64,000 nt of DNA. Source: the human T2T-CHM13v2.0 reference genome, Homo sapiens. The stretch is taken from assembly GCF_009914755.1 (NCBI RefSeq), contig NC_060930.1, one strand, 5' to 3'. Under the pieces are notes generated by a model, which had not been told where the DNA came from, made no database searches, and saw nothing but the letters and a program-made list of their open reading frames with translations. Within the stretch, counting starts at the first letter, position 1. The number at the start of each line of letters is the position of its first letter. Below, one piece after another: positions 45,168 through 61,975 of this stretch. The position numbers and the translations under genes were made by a program.

Positions 45168-45297
45168 TGTAATAGTGTGTTTCCACATTGCCGATAAAGG
45201 CATACCAGAGACTAGGTAATTTATAAAGAAAAAGAGGTTTAATGGACTCACAGTTCCATGTGGCTGGGGAGGCCTCACAATCATGGTGGAAGGAAAA

Positions 45298-45300
<3 letters not shown>
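45168..45300 (-). mobile_element. THE1B/C LTR fragment (one end only)
   Basis: TGTAATAG...AAAGAGGTTTAATGGACTCACAGTTCCATGTGGCTGGGGAGGCCTCACAATCATGG, then abruptly L1. Confidence 0.88.
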
Positions 45301-47629
<2,329 letters not shown>

Positions 47630-49639
47630 GATTTAGTTCGCCAGAGAGTTATAAAAAATTCAAACTTTTATACATCTAGAAACTTCGTAATGCTAAATAT
47701 CTTAAAAATAGTCAGAGTGGGGTGTTCAGGAAGAAGCACATTGATATTTACAATCTACTTTGAAGTACACCAAAATGAGATGGATTTATAGTTTAAAAAT
47801 GTAAAAAGCTTTCTGTAAGGAGAAACTTATAAGGGCACTGTCAGTGGGATTTAACAATAATAGATAAATCAAGTAGATAACATATTGTAACGTGACAAGG
47901 CAATACAATACCTGAACAACACAAATAATATCCTCAATCTAATAGACAATATATAGAACATGACATCCAGCAACTGGAGAATACACACTCTTTTCAAGCA
48001 CACAGAAGATGAAAATTAATGAAAATTAAGCAAGTAGTAGGCTCAATGATTCTCAACAATTTTTAAAGATGCTATAGTGTGAAGATCATAGTTTATGGCA
48101 ATACAATTAAGTTAGAAATAAGGAAGAAAATAGAAACTAAAACTACACATGTATTAGGAAATTGAAAAACATTTCTAAACAATATATAGAGTAAAAAATA
48201 TTTTAAAATGATTCAATGAAAAAATGCTTCTTAAAAAACTCGGTGGCATCTACAAATACTTTAAAAGAAATTTAAAGCATTACATATTTTTATTAAAGAT
48301 AGAAGTTTGAAAGTAACTGACCTATGCATTCAAGTTAAAAAGATAGAAAAATAAAAACAGAATAAACCCCTCCAAATAGAAGAAAGAGAATAAATATAAA
48401 AGCAGAAATTAGTGACATGCAAAACAATGACAAGTTAGAGAAAATCAACAGAACTAAACATTTGAGTTTATTTTTCAATACTGTATAGTTAATATACATT
48501 TCTTGCAAGATTAAGAACAAAATAAAGCACAAATGAACAGTATTAAAAACAAAAATGATTATAACACCATGTATGCAGCACAGATTAAAAGGATAATAAA
48601 AGAATATTATGAACAACTTTTTGCCAATTTATAAAAATTAAACAAGTGTTAGGCCACAAAACAAATCTCTACAAATTTCAAAGAATCTATAGCAAATAGA
48701 CTAACTAAAATATAAATGAAAAGAAAACATCCTTTACAAATATATAAATTGACACAGTAATTTAAGAAGAAGTAGAAATACTCACTTGTCCTCTATCCAT
48801 TACAGAAAATGAACTCAAAGTCATAAATCTTTACCCACAAAAGAAAACACCAGGACCAGATTAGTTCAAACATGATTTCTATCCAATTTTGAAAGAAGAC
48901 ACTTCTATTTTTACAAACTCTTTCAGAGAATAGAAAAAGAGAAAATATTTCTTTATTTATTCTATGAAGCTAGTACAACACTGATATGAAAACCAAAGGC
49001 ATAACAAGAATGCAATATTACAGGCCTATCATAAGCATAAATTCAAAAAGCCAAAATAAAATGTTTGCAAACCAAATTCAGAAATGTATGGAAAACATAC
49101 ACTCATCTCAATACATGCAGAATAAGCACTAAATAATTTTTAAACATTTAATAAAACCTTCTAGTAAACTAAAAATGACTTTCTTAACCTACAACAAACA
49201 TTGACCTTTCAAATCAGAGGACATGGCAAGGTTTTTGTCTATCACCACTTCTAATCGCCATTGTATTGGAGGTGCTAGCTAGAACAATAATGCAAAAATC
49301 TATATATTTCCAATATTTTACATGTATTAAACAGGAAGAAACAAAATTGGCAACATTTATAGGTGACAGTTTATGTACACAATAAAAATATGTGCAAAGA
49401 CTTTTTTAATTAAAGGAAAAACAAAGTAGGTGGGTACAAAATCAAATTTTAAAAATCAAGTCAATTAACAAGCTATTGGAAAATGAGCTAAAACAACATA
49501 TTCCACAGTTAATGAATGTTAATAAATTCTATCTACAATAAGATCTAACATTTTTAAATAATTAGGAATCAACCTAACAAAGATGTATAAGACAGTGAAA
49601 ATTTATAAAACCTTGCAGAGAAAAATTTTAAAATTCTCT

Positions 49640-49985
49640 ATTACAATTTATTATTGTTACATAACTAACCACCAAACTGAGAGGTTTAAAACAGATATCA
49701 CTTTATTTTGACAATGAATTCCATGGTAAATACTTCAGAAAAGGAAAAGTGAGGATGGCTTGTCACTGCTTCATGATGTCTAGAGCTGGTAAGACTTTAA
49801 GGCTGGGAGTGCTCTACTAAATATGAACACCCTCCAGTGAGGAACAGGAATCATCTGAGGATTTGTTCACTCACACACCTGGCTGCTGGGCTGGGAGGAC
49901 TCAAAGTAAGGACTGCTGTGGGAAGTACCTGCACATGGTTTCCTATGTGTTTGACTTCTTGCAGGCTAGTGGCCTCATGGTAGGA
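49640..49985 (-). mobile_element. Old MLT1 LTR fragment nested in L1M
   Basis: GAGGATGGCTTGTCACTGCTTCATGATGTCT and GGAATCATCTGAGG..TTCACTCACAC motifs. Confidence 0.65.
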
Positions 49986-51242
49986 TGTTGTGTTCATCAA
50001 TTAAAAGGCTCAATTTTATAAAACCATCAATTCACTCCATATTGTTTTATGGGTTCAACAAAATTCTAATCAAAATTACAATAAGTAGTGTGTGTGTGTG
50101 TATATGAGTGTGTGTAACTCAACAAACTGATTCTGAAATTTAAATAGATGTTCAAAGAGCCAAGATACTCTTGAGAAAGAAAAGGAAGTTGGGAGAAATT
50201 GCTCCACTAAATATGAATACTCATAAGACTATAGCAAACATGACAGACTGGAATTATCCCAGGAAAAAACAAGTAGTCCAGTGGAACACAAATGAGAGCC
50301 CAGGAGGAAAACTATGAATATATGGACATTTCATTTCTGGAGGGAAAACAAATGCAGCACTGCAGATCATTGGGGGAAAGATTTGACTTTTTAATAAATG
50401 ATGTTTGGAAAGTAGCTACCTTTATGCACAGTCTGAAAAATGAGAACCCATAATTCACACCACACCAAAAGCTAATTCCAGGAGTATTAGATACCTATTT
50501 ATGAAATGCAAAACTGTGTTTTATAAGATAATATATAACAATATAGAAGATAATTTTTAAATATAGAAAAATAAAAGATTTTAGATGTCTTCATAACCTC
50601 ATGGAATTTCTTAAAATATAAGAGTCATAAAAAAAGCGTTGATAAATTCAATTACATTAAAATCAAGAAAGTAGTTAATCATAAGACAAACTAAGCAAGT
50701 TAAAAAGTAATCCACAGAGTAGAAAAATACATTTCTAACTTCAATTAACAATAAAGGATTTGCATTCAAAACATATAAAGAACTTCTACAAGTCATTAGT
50801 AAAACAACCAACAAATAGAAAAATGAGCAAAGGACCTGAAAACACACTTCAAAACAGGAAACTGAAATGGCCAACAAATATTTGAAATGACTTTTAATTA
50901 ATTTAGTAATCAAAAATGAGATATTTTATGACATTTTTGATAATGAGATAATAATCAAATATGAGATATATTTCACTGCTATCTGTTTAGAAAAAATTTA
51001 AAAATCTGACCACACCAAATATTAGCAAGAATATGTACCAATGGAGACTCTAATAATAAACTACTGATAGGGGATAAATTGTTATAAGCACTTTAAAAAA
51101 ATAAGATTAAAAGGAAAGCTGAACATGCATATAATTTCTGAGCAATAATTCTCATAGATTTTACTGAGACATGCATGAGGAAGTTCAGAGCATCGCTGAG
51201 TGTCAGAGAAAAAAAACAACCCACAATTATGTCTATCAACTG

Positions 51243-51603
51243 TATATTAGTCTGTTCTCATGCTGCTAATAAAGACATACCCAAGACTGGGTAATTTATA
51301 AAGGAAAGAGGTTTAATTAACCCACAGTTTCACATGGTTGGGGAGGCCTCACAATTATGGTGGAAGGTGAATGAGGAGCAAAGTCACATCTTACATGGCA
51401 GCAGCCTAGAAGAGCGTGTGCAGGGAAACTCCCCTTTATAAAACTATCAGATCTCAGGAGACTTAATATCATGAGAACAGCAAGGGAAAAACTGGCCCAC
51501 ATGATTCAGTTACCTCCCACTGGGTCCCTCCCATGACACATGGGAATTATGGGAGCTACAATTCAAGATAAGATTTAGGTGGTGACACAGCCAGACCATA
51601 TCA
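51243..51603 (-). mobile_element. THE1C-like solo LTR nested in L1M
   Basis: TATTAGTCTGTTCTCATGCTGCTAATAAAGACATACCC ... ACACAGCCAGACCATATCA; near-TSD AACTG/AACAG. Confidence 0.92.
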
Positions 51604-54600
51604 AACAGTATAATATATTCATAAAATGGAATATTGTATAGCAATGAAAATGTACAAACTATAGCTATATGCATTAATATGAATGATACCAATGTAACAG
51701 TGAATGGAAACAAAGACTCACAGAAGAATGTACACAATAGAGGTTCATTTATTTAAACTTAAAAAATAATGCATTGCTTAGAAATATAAATATGAAAAAA
51801 AGCAAGAGAATGATTTACTCAAAGTTCAGGCTAGTATTACCTTTGATGGAAAGAAAAAAGAAGGGATTCAATAAACAAAGTTTTATAAGGACTGAAAATA
51901 ATGTATTTCTTGGGATAAGTGGTGGGTGAATGAAAATTCATGTTATTAATCTTCCCCAGATTGTACATATTCTTCATGTGCACTTTTTTTATATATGATA
52001 CGTCTCACAACATTTTTATATTACATTATGTACCACAGTAATTATATAAGCTATAATCTGGTCCTGTGGCCATGCAGAATAGACACCAAGCGGTTAAATA
52101 GCAAACACTGTGGTTTCATAGAAAGATATTTGAAGGTACAGCCCAAGAGATATACTTCAATCAACAACTTCAACAAAGTAGGAGAGAAACTTCCAGATGG
52201 TAGAAATTTTAGCAAAATTATTATTTTATCTATTTTTAAAGCTGTGGCTGTGTATAAAAATCCTGCCATTCCTAGGCATGTACACAGCACAAGGACAGGG
52301 CCCAGAGACAGTGGAGGATCTGGCAAGGGTTTGAGAGCAGCGTGGTGAAAGAAAGCGGTCTTCTTTTATATGCAAGCCTTGTAAGAATCTGCCTTCTGTG
52401 AGCAAATTAGAAGCAGAAGTTCTTTTCATTGTAGAAATACAGCTAGTGATGACACTTTAAAAGTACAAATTCTGAGCAACAGCAGCAGTGACAGTGAGAA
52501 TTGCCACAATTAGGGTATTCATCTCATTATGATGATGTGGCTGTTCAGATGGTATGCAGAGCATCATGGGACACTGAAGATCAGAAACGCTGCAGAACAA
52601 GATGATGAAAGAAGAGGGTGGTTTGAACAAAACCCAGGCATGGACCATTCCCTTAACCACACCTGGCTAAGGGTTCTGATGGCTTAGGGACTAGGAATTG
52701 GAAACAATACCAGACACAGTTCTGCTGCATATCAGTATTGGTTTGTTAAGTATATTTTCTCATAAGTTTATGTTTGACTGTTTCATAAGCTACTGAGCTC
52801 ATTCAGCAGCAAGAGTTCAGTTGATTTCAAACCCCTTTGTTATATTCATAAATTTCCTGGTAAAGAAATTTCTTCAGCAATCTCTATAGAAGTACTTAGA
52901 TAGGGTGGAATATTTAGAATGAGGGCTGTAATTAGAATTATAGACCCCCAACTGAGGGCTATAATTAGAATTCTGGATGACAATAATGAAAAAGCAGCAG
53001 CCTCCTTTATAGAACAGTGCCAGACTCAAACTTCTTTCTACCTGGGCAGAGTTACATATTGTTACCTTAACAATTTTTTTCAATAGGCTCTGTCCCCAGG
53101 TAACAAATTACCTTCCCTTCGCTGTTCTTTCTGCTCCTCCACTAATCACCACTATAATCTGACAAACTTAAAATTTTGAAAGTGATTTAACTTTTAAACT
53201 CAGCTCTAGAGTTTTTTTTCTAGAAACAGAAACTTCCAGATGTAGATCATTTATTTAAATGACATATTCCTTTAAATTGATAGGGAGCCAACTCACAATC
53301 CCCAATAATGGAAACTAGGTACAGCAGACATAACCTAATTCCAATGATGATGAAAGAAGCTCATTTGCATTCTCTTTATCAAACTTTCACCAGAGTTACA
53401 GTATCTGAGAGAACTGGTTTAAGCTTCATCCTCTTTTATTTATCTTACCGTTTCTCTAGTGAGAGGACGAATGAGTCACCGGAATCAGGCAATAGGGAAA
53501 GGAGATCCAGGGAGAAGAAAACCACATAATCCCTTAACTGGATAATCACCTCTGAGTCAATAAAGTTGAACATGCTTTCTCCTTGGTTTTAAGGCTAATT
53601 TAGAAACTGCATGTTTTTACTCTGAATGTGAATACCCAGGGTGACCAGATTTCCTACACCACCACCACTCCTGTCAGCAATATGTCTATCAGTGCAGCCT
53701 TCACTTCACCTTTGCACCTTCTTCTTTTCTTTTTCTCTTTTTCCTGTTCACCACCAGCTATCCTTCCTTCTTCCAGGTCCTCCTTTTCCTGAATTCTTTA
53801 CTACAGCAGTAAACATGTAAGTTCCACAGGGGCTCCAAAGATTAGTTGAGGGCCCACAGGAATAAAAAGTGTCTTCAAGCTTCATTCACTCTGCCCACTA
53901 CCCCCTGATGCCACAGAAGAGAGCTAACTTCCGTTGTGCACTAGCTATATGTCAGACATTGCTGGATGCCCTGCTTCCGTCCTCTACTCTCTCTTGCCTT
54001 CAGCAAAGTGCAGTATCCGTTTATGTTACCTATTTTACAGAGTCCTCAAATGGATTATGTTTTATTCTGTTACTGAGTAGCAGAGGCAAGATAGAGACAC
54101 AAGCTTTTACTCTTTCTACCACAAAATGCTACCAGGCACAATATACAGTATCTCTTATTGTGTTCTTACTTTCAGTCTATAATTTGGTACTTATATTATG
54201 TTTCTCATATTAGTTCCCATTTAGAGAGGAAATTATTAAATTGTAGAACATTAAATTTTTAATTACAAAACTAAAGAGAAGGAAATTCTAGTCTGAGGAT
54301 TTTAATGGGTACTGAAATCAATCTGGTTTCACTTAAAATACTTCAAGGGAATTTCAGAGAAATCGAAAGATCAAAACTGTTTTGTATTTACTTCTGGTTA
54401 AGAATGACAGCTTGTGGTACTATCTCTGTTCCCTTCAAAAATTCTACTAGAATACAGCAAGGAGAATTTTTTAAAAGTCATAAACCCACAGGACCAAGAG
54501 AATAGAAAAGAAAACAGAAGTAACAAAATTCTAAATTCTGGAAAGCAAATGAATGAGTGCAACAGACTTAGCATACCCAAGAAAGCAAACAGCTAAAACA

Positions 54601-54752
54601 GCAGTAGAGAAAGGCAAGAAAAAAACAGATTTATGTCACAAAAAACCCAAGAGACTCAGAAATTGACAACACCCAGGACTTTGGAAAATAGGGGTGAAGG
54701 TAGAACTAATAAAAGAAGGATTGATTGATAATCTGCATGAGATTTCCAAATA

Positions 54753-55533
<781 letters not shown>

Positions 55534-56506
55534 TACCTACTCTGATACCAACAGCCAGGTGGATATACTTCTAACCATGGCAAAAAACAGAAGTTTATTC
55601 TCCAGTGATAGTAGGGCAAGGGGTCTCTGAACAGAAAAACACCAAGCTCAACTGATAAGATACACTGAAAGCTGGTGGTTAGGTAAAACTATTAATAAGA
55701 GCCTCTGCTCTCCAGTTCTCTTTCTATATTTGCTTTCCAGAAACATGAACTATTCCCTCCAATAAGATATTGTAATGTCTTTCTCTAGGGAATCTGAATA
55801 TCCCAAGAAAAGGGCCCAAAGATATGGACATTGGATCTGCCTCATTGAAACCACCCAAGCTGATCACCCTGATCTTCAGCCCATAGTTCCCCTCAGCTAC
55901 ATGTACAGAGTTTACAGGTAGCTCTGTAGTGTCCTACTCTTAACCATGAGCAGAAGGACATGGCTCTCCAAACTTTTAGCAGTGCATCTAATATGAAAAA
56001 CGGAAGGGCCAAATAAACATCTAAAAATCACATGGAGGTAAAAAAATGCAAGAAAAAAAATCATAAAAGCTATCACTAAATATAGCTTTTATGAATAATA
56101 GTCTCAGAAAGATAAGAAGGTATTACATCCATTAAACAGTAGTATAATGTTAAAAAATTAGATAAATTTTTTAAAAGCTCAAAGAAATTAGAAAGAAGAT
56201 AGTATATGTAAAAATTTCAGTGAGTAGTTGGAAAATAAGGTTGACAAAATCTCACAGAAAGGAGAGCAAAAAATACAAACAGAAGACAACAGAAGTTCAT
56301 AAAATTAAGAAATTAGAAAGCTAGTTCCAGTAATTCCACATTCAAATATTAGCAGCTTCAGAAAGAGAAAATGAAGAAATTGAAAGAAGCAAATCAAAGA
56401 ACTGATTCAAAAATATCAGTCAGACCAGTGGGTGAGTTTCTAATCCGAAGGATCTATCATGTGCTTAGCATAATGGATAAAATTTGACCCATGCCACAGG
56501 CACACT

Positions 56507-56935
56507 GTGACAAGTGCTGTCATGCAATCCTCAGATTTCCATTCAGGAATGAAGGACTCTTTCCCCCAGCTGCTGGGAGTGCTGCCAGCCATCTTTGGGG
56601 ATTGCATTAACAGAAGAAAATTGCCTTTCCCAAGGTCACTCCTTCCAGGAGCAGCTCATATCTAGTCAACATGGGGATAAAGGACTCACCTCCTTGACCC
56701 AACTCAGGACAACCCTGAAGGGTTACCCCAGCTATAGAGCCAATACAGTCCCTAATAGTGAATGTTGGGGTGAGGCAGTTGAAAAGTACGTCACAACTCA
56801 ACTTTTCCCTATGCCTTCTCATACTTCCTTCCGCTCCCTCCACAGGTATTGATTCCAAGACCACTTCCTAATAAATCTCTCACACACTAATTTCCATCTT
56901 AGAGTCTGTTTCTTGGGAATTCAACCTGTAGTACA
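56507..56935 (+). mobile_element. LTR16-family (ERVL) solo LTR
   Basis: TTCCCCCAGCTGCTGGGAGTG, CCCAACTCAGGACAAC, CTAATAAA..TCTTAGAGTCTGTTTCTTGGGAA..CAACCTG. Confidence 0.8.
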
Positions 56936-57689
56936 CATTACTCTGAATTTTCAGAATGCTTGAGGTTTTTAAAAAAGGAAAAAATAACAAATCCATAAAG
57001 CCTTCTGAATGGGGGTACAAAGGAAATGAGACTGAGGAGGAGTGCAGGTTTCATACAAAAGAACAAGGATGAAAATGGTTTTGGATTCTCAATAGAAACA
57101 CTGAAAACTAGTAGACATTGAAGAAAGTTTTTAAACTAAGAGAGAAAAAACTGCTTCAAACCTGGAAGTTTATACCCAGCCAAATTCTAAATCAAGTATG
57201 AGGGTAGAATAAAGACATTCTTGGTCTCATAAAATTTACCACTCATGTATTTTTTCCTAGGAATCAACTGCAGCATATGCATAAGTAAAATGATGGAATA
57301 GACCAAAAAACAAAACAAAACCAAACCAAAAAAAACACCAAACAGTAAACAACATGGAATTCAGGACATGGGGGCTTCAACTCAGGACAATGTGAAAGAG
57401 AACCCCCAGCATGACTGAATGATAAAAGATATCCCAAAATGATAACTGTTCCAGAGAGAGCCCTCGAGAGCAAGCAAATCCAACAGGTCCAAGTAAGACT
57501 GCTCTGCTGAGATTTGTTCAATCAACTAAAAGAGACAGGCTGCCAGATAGGTTTTAATCTATCCTGAGGAAGTTTACATGGCTGAAGGAGTTTGGGAATA
57601 AATTAGTGGTATGTACCTAGAAAACTAAAATATGAAAAAAAGACCATTTATAACTTCCAAGAAAATAAAAAATGTGGAAGATCCTCCAC

Positions 57690-58033
57690 ACAAAACTAAA
57701 ATAATGTCTTTTGCAGCAACTTGGATGGAACTGGAGGCCATTATCCTAAGTGAAATAACTCAGGAATGGAAATCCAAATACCTCATGTTTCATTTATAAG
57801 TGAGAGCTAAGCTATAGGTACACATGGGGCATAAAAATTGGCATAATGGACATTGGAGACTCAGAATGGGAAGGTAGGGAGGGGGCTGAGGGATAAAAAA
57901 ATATTTATTGAGTACAATGTACATTTTTCGGGTCACAGGTACACTCAAAGCCCAGACTTTACCACTACACAATTCCTCCAAAACCCACTTGTACCCCTAA
58001 AGGTATTGAAATTTTTAAAAATTAAAATAAAAC
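57690..58033 (+). mobile_element. L1MA-type 3' end
   Basis: GCAGCAACTTGGATGGAACTGGAGGCCATTATCCTAAGTGAA...; TSD AAAATGTGGAAGA on both sides. Confidence 0.88.
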
Positions 58034-58335
58034 AAAAATGTGGAAGAAAGGAAAAGAAAGACAAAACCTTGCATAGTTTTAATTGTGTGAATATTGTTAT
58101 CCAAATGTAAATTACAATATTTGTTGAAAGATCTAGCCAAAATTAGAGCTAACTATATTGGGAGAATGAAGGGACAGCAAGAGTGTGTGCACACGTGCAT
58201 GTATTAGGGAGTGGGAGTGTGTGAAGAGAGTGAACCCCCATTTTTCATAGCTGAAAGGCAGTAGAAATGTCTAAAACTGGAAAATCAAGTGAGAACACTG
58301 CAGCATGTTATACACAAACACAAAAATACACAAAA

Positions 58336-58638
<303 letters not shown>

Positions 58639-59051
58639 TTATAAGTGGAAAGTTATTACTCACTGGGAGCAGGTATATGTGGAAAAGGTGGGAAATACCA
58701 TTGATAAAAGCAAAAATCAAATTAAAAGAAGAATAATAATTTTTTTTGTTTTTGAATTTATTTGTTGGCTTTATTCTGTCCAGAAAACTATGTTGCCAAA
58801 AGTTTGAGAACCTTGATTTGAGGTTTGTTTTACTAGCACTGTGGGTGCTACTTCATTCTTTTGGAGATTTTTACTGGCTGAGTAAAGATGACAAAAAGGA
58901 ATCATCAAACTAGTTTTTTATGCTCATGATATTTCCCAAAATCTCAGCTGGTCAAATAGTCTTCATGAGTACACTTTGAGGTACAATATGTTATTTTTGG
59001 TATCTCTAAAATGTAGTTAAATTACGATATTTTTAAAATCAAGAAAAACTC

Positions 59052-59365
<314 letters not shown>

Positions 59366-59874
59366 CTAAATACAACAGAAAATAAGGGCTGTTTCTGAGT
59401 AAAATCCAATGTGCTTACTTGGATGACTTGGAGGGAGACAATGGGATATTGATATAGAAGGGACATGCCAAAGTGAAGCCGACATCCCTGACCCCAGAGT
59501 GTACCAGTGGGTCACTGCCTCTTCCTGCCTCTAAAGATAAAGAATACGGTGGATCGCAGCCCCTGAGGTGAATGGACTCGGTGGGAATCTCCTGAAGAAG
59601 GGAAGGTCTTTGAGCCTTAGTGTGTTGATCCTGAATAGGAAGAAACCCTAGTGAGGCGCTAGAGGGTCTTCACCAAATGCCCCACAGCTTAGCCCTACTG
59701 CCAGGCATGGCACTGTCATACAGAAGACACTCATTAAAAACATATCGGGTGAGGGAATGGCAGATACAAGCTCTAAGAGCTAGGCCACCAAAGCCTTAAG
59801 AAAAAAAAGTCAACAGAAAATTCAAAGTTTTTTTTTTTAAAAATATGCAATCATTGAAAAAGAAAGCTCTCCCT

Positions 59875-60440
59875 GGCCAGATGCAGTGGCTCACACATGT
59901 AATTTCAGCACTTTGAGAGGCCAAGGCAGGCAGATCATTAGAGTCCAGGAGTTCAAGACCAGCCTGGGGAACATGGTAAAACCCCGACTCTACAAAAAAT
60001 ACAAAAATTATGGCTGCATATTATTCCATGGTGTATATGTACCACATTTTCTTTATCCAGTCTATCATTGATGGGCATTTGTGTTGGTTCCATGTCTTTG
60101 CTATGGGGGTGGGGGGTGAGGGGAGGGAAGTTAGAGGAAGGGTCAATAGGTGCAGCAAACCACCATGGCATACGTATACCTATGTAGCAACCTTGCACAT
60201 TATGCACATGTATCCCGGTTATTTTTAGAAGAAATAAATAAATGCAAATAAAAATACAAAATACAAAAATTAGCCAGGCATGGTGGTATGTGCCTGTTGT
60301 CTCAGCTGCTCAGGAGGCTGAGGTGGGAGGATCTCTTTAGTCCGGGAGGTAGAGGCTGCAGTGAGCTGTGATTGCACCACTGCATTTCAACCTGGGCAAT
60401 AGAGTGAAAACCTGTCTCAAAGAAAAATAAAAAAGAAAAA
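59875..60440 (+). mobile_element. AluJ split at the middle A-rich linker by an L1 insertion
   Basis: Left monomer 59875-60010 and right monomer 60273-60420; the tail runs into a GA-rich tract to ~60508. Confidence 0.9.
60011..60257 (+). mobile_element. Short L1PA 3' end with 5' inversion
   Basis: 60011-60104 is antisense ORF2-end sequence and 60105-60257 is sense 3' UTR/tail; TSD AAAATACAAAAATTA at 59996-60010 / 60258-60272. Confidence 0.9.
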
Positions 60441-60647
60441 GAAGAAGGAAAGGAAAGGAGGAGAGGAGAGGAGAGGGGAGGGGAGGGGAGGGGAGGAAAG
60501 GAGGAAGATCCCCCTGCATTAGGAGCACAGCACAAGTAGATTTTCTTCCCTAAAGCTGGAATGGCTTAGGAAAACAAGGGCTTCTCAAAGTACAGAAAGT
60601 AATCAGTAGCGTGAAAATAACCAACTCATGGAAGGACAAAAAGTGGG

Positions 60648-60947
60648 TGCTGTGGTCTGAATGTTGGTGTCCCCCCAAAATTTATGTTTTGGAACCTAAT
60701 ACACCCAAATATTAGCATATTACAAGGTGAGGCCTTTGAGAATTATTCAAATCATGAGGTCTTTGCTCTCTTGAATGAGATGAATTCCCTTATAAAAGAG
60801 GTCGAAGGGAGCTGCCTTGCCCCTTCCGCCATGGCACCTTGATTTTGGATTTCTCAGCCTCCAGAAATGTAAGCAATACATTCATATTGTTTATAAATTA
60901 CCTAGTCTAAGGTATTTTGTTATAGTAGCCTGAACATAACTAAGACA
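60648..60947 (+). mobile_element. MLT1A0-like LTR, internally deleted
   Basis: TGCTGTGGTCTGAATGTTGGTGTCCCCCCAAAATT ... AACTAAGACA. Confidence 0.85.
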
Positions 60948-60990
60948 GCAGGACTGAAAGCTCCCAGATGAAAAGCAAGCTTAACGGGAT

Positions 60991-61012
60991 TTAGTTAGTT
61001 AGTTAGTTAGTT
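60991..61012. repeat. (TTAG)n microsatellite
   Basis: Five and a half units directly visible, at the tail side of the adjacent L1. Confidence 0.85.
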
Positions 61013-61016
61013 AAAA

Positions 61017-61428
61017 TAACTTCCACTTTTGTTTCAGATTCAGGGGGTATGTCTGCAGGTTTGTTACATGGGTTATTATGTGATGCTGAGGTTTGGGGTA
61101 CAATTGATCCTGTCACGCAGGTATGGAGCATAATATCCAATAGTTAGTTTGTCAACACTTTCCCCTATTCCTCCCTTCCCCGTCTAGTAGCCCACAGTAT
61201 CTATTGTTGCCATCTTTATATCCATGAGTACCTAATGTTTAGCTCCCACTTATAAGTGAGAACATGCAGTATTTGGTTTTCTGTTCCTGTGTTAATTTGC
61301 CTTCAGTTGTATCGATGTTGCTGCAAAGGACATGATTTCATCCTTTTTATGGCTGCATAGTATTCCATGATGTATATGTACTATTTTCTTTATCCAATCC
61401 ACTTTTGATGGGCACCTAATTTGATTCA
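61017..61428 (-). mobile_element. Older L1PA (about PA13-16) 3' end
   Basis: Antisense 3' UTR: GATTCAGGGGGTA..GCAGGTTTGTTACATGGG; GCTCCCACTTATAAGTGAGAACATG. Confidence 0.88.
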
Positions 61429-61844
61429 ATTTAACTGGGTTTAAATGACAAAAAAGCACCATCAATGAGAGCAAACATATTCTTGATTGCCATGGGCATT
61501 TGAGGGCTAGGTGTCAAGGAGAAAGGAAGTGAGAGCCATAGCCAATGCCTGGTGAGCATGGATACTGATTAACTGTGTTCCAGGTACTGTGCAGACAGCT
61601 GTAGATGTGTTCACGCATTTAATCATCACAACAATACTACACAGTAAAGATGTGCTGCATAACCCCGAAGGTTGCTGATCACACTGTAAAACGCCAGAAT
61701 ACCTCATAGCACACCATCCTGTGGGATGACTACAGAGGATATAGGAATGGCTGTTTGGTCCTGGAAAGGTCACCATTCTTGCCCAAGGAATAGGTAGTGG
61801 TCATTCTTCCACATGCTAGGTCCCATGAAGGAGATCATTTTATT

Positions 61845-61975
61845 GGCCTCATTGTACAGTGAAGAAACTAGGGCACAAAGGGAGTAAGTATCTTGCCCTA
61901 GGTCACTTCGCTAGTACGAAGTGGGGCTTGTATCCAAACCCAGGCAGGCCAGCTCCTGTTAGGCCTGTGTTTTAA
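61845..61975 (-). mobile_element. MIR
   Basis: CATTGTACAGTGAAGAAACTAGGGCACAAAG..TTGCCCTAGGTCAC. Confidence 0.7.

Larger units (their letters stand above)
47810..52012 (+). mobile_element. Ancient L1M (L1ME-like), decayed ORF2 and 3' end
   Basis: A-rich strand with collinear ORF2 landmarks (GAATACACACTCTTTTCAAGCACACA; TATTCTATGAAGCTAG; CATTGTATTGGAGGTGCTAGC; AAATGAGCAAAGGACCTGAA). Confidence 0.8.

Noticed and set aside
60991-61012. (TTAG)n as interstitial telomeric repeat
   Set aside because: The unit is TTAG, not TTAGGG, and it sits at an L1 tail, so it is probably a tail-derived microsatellite.
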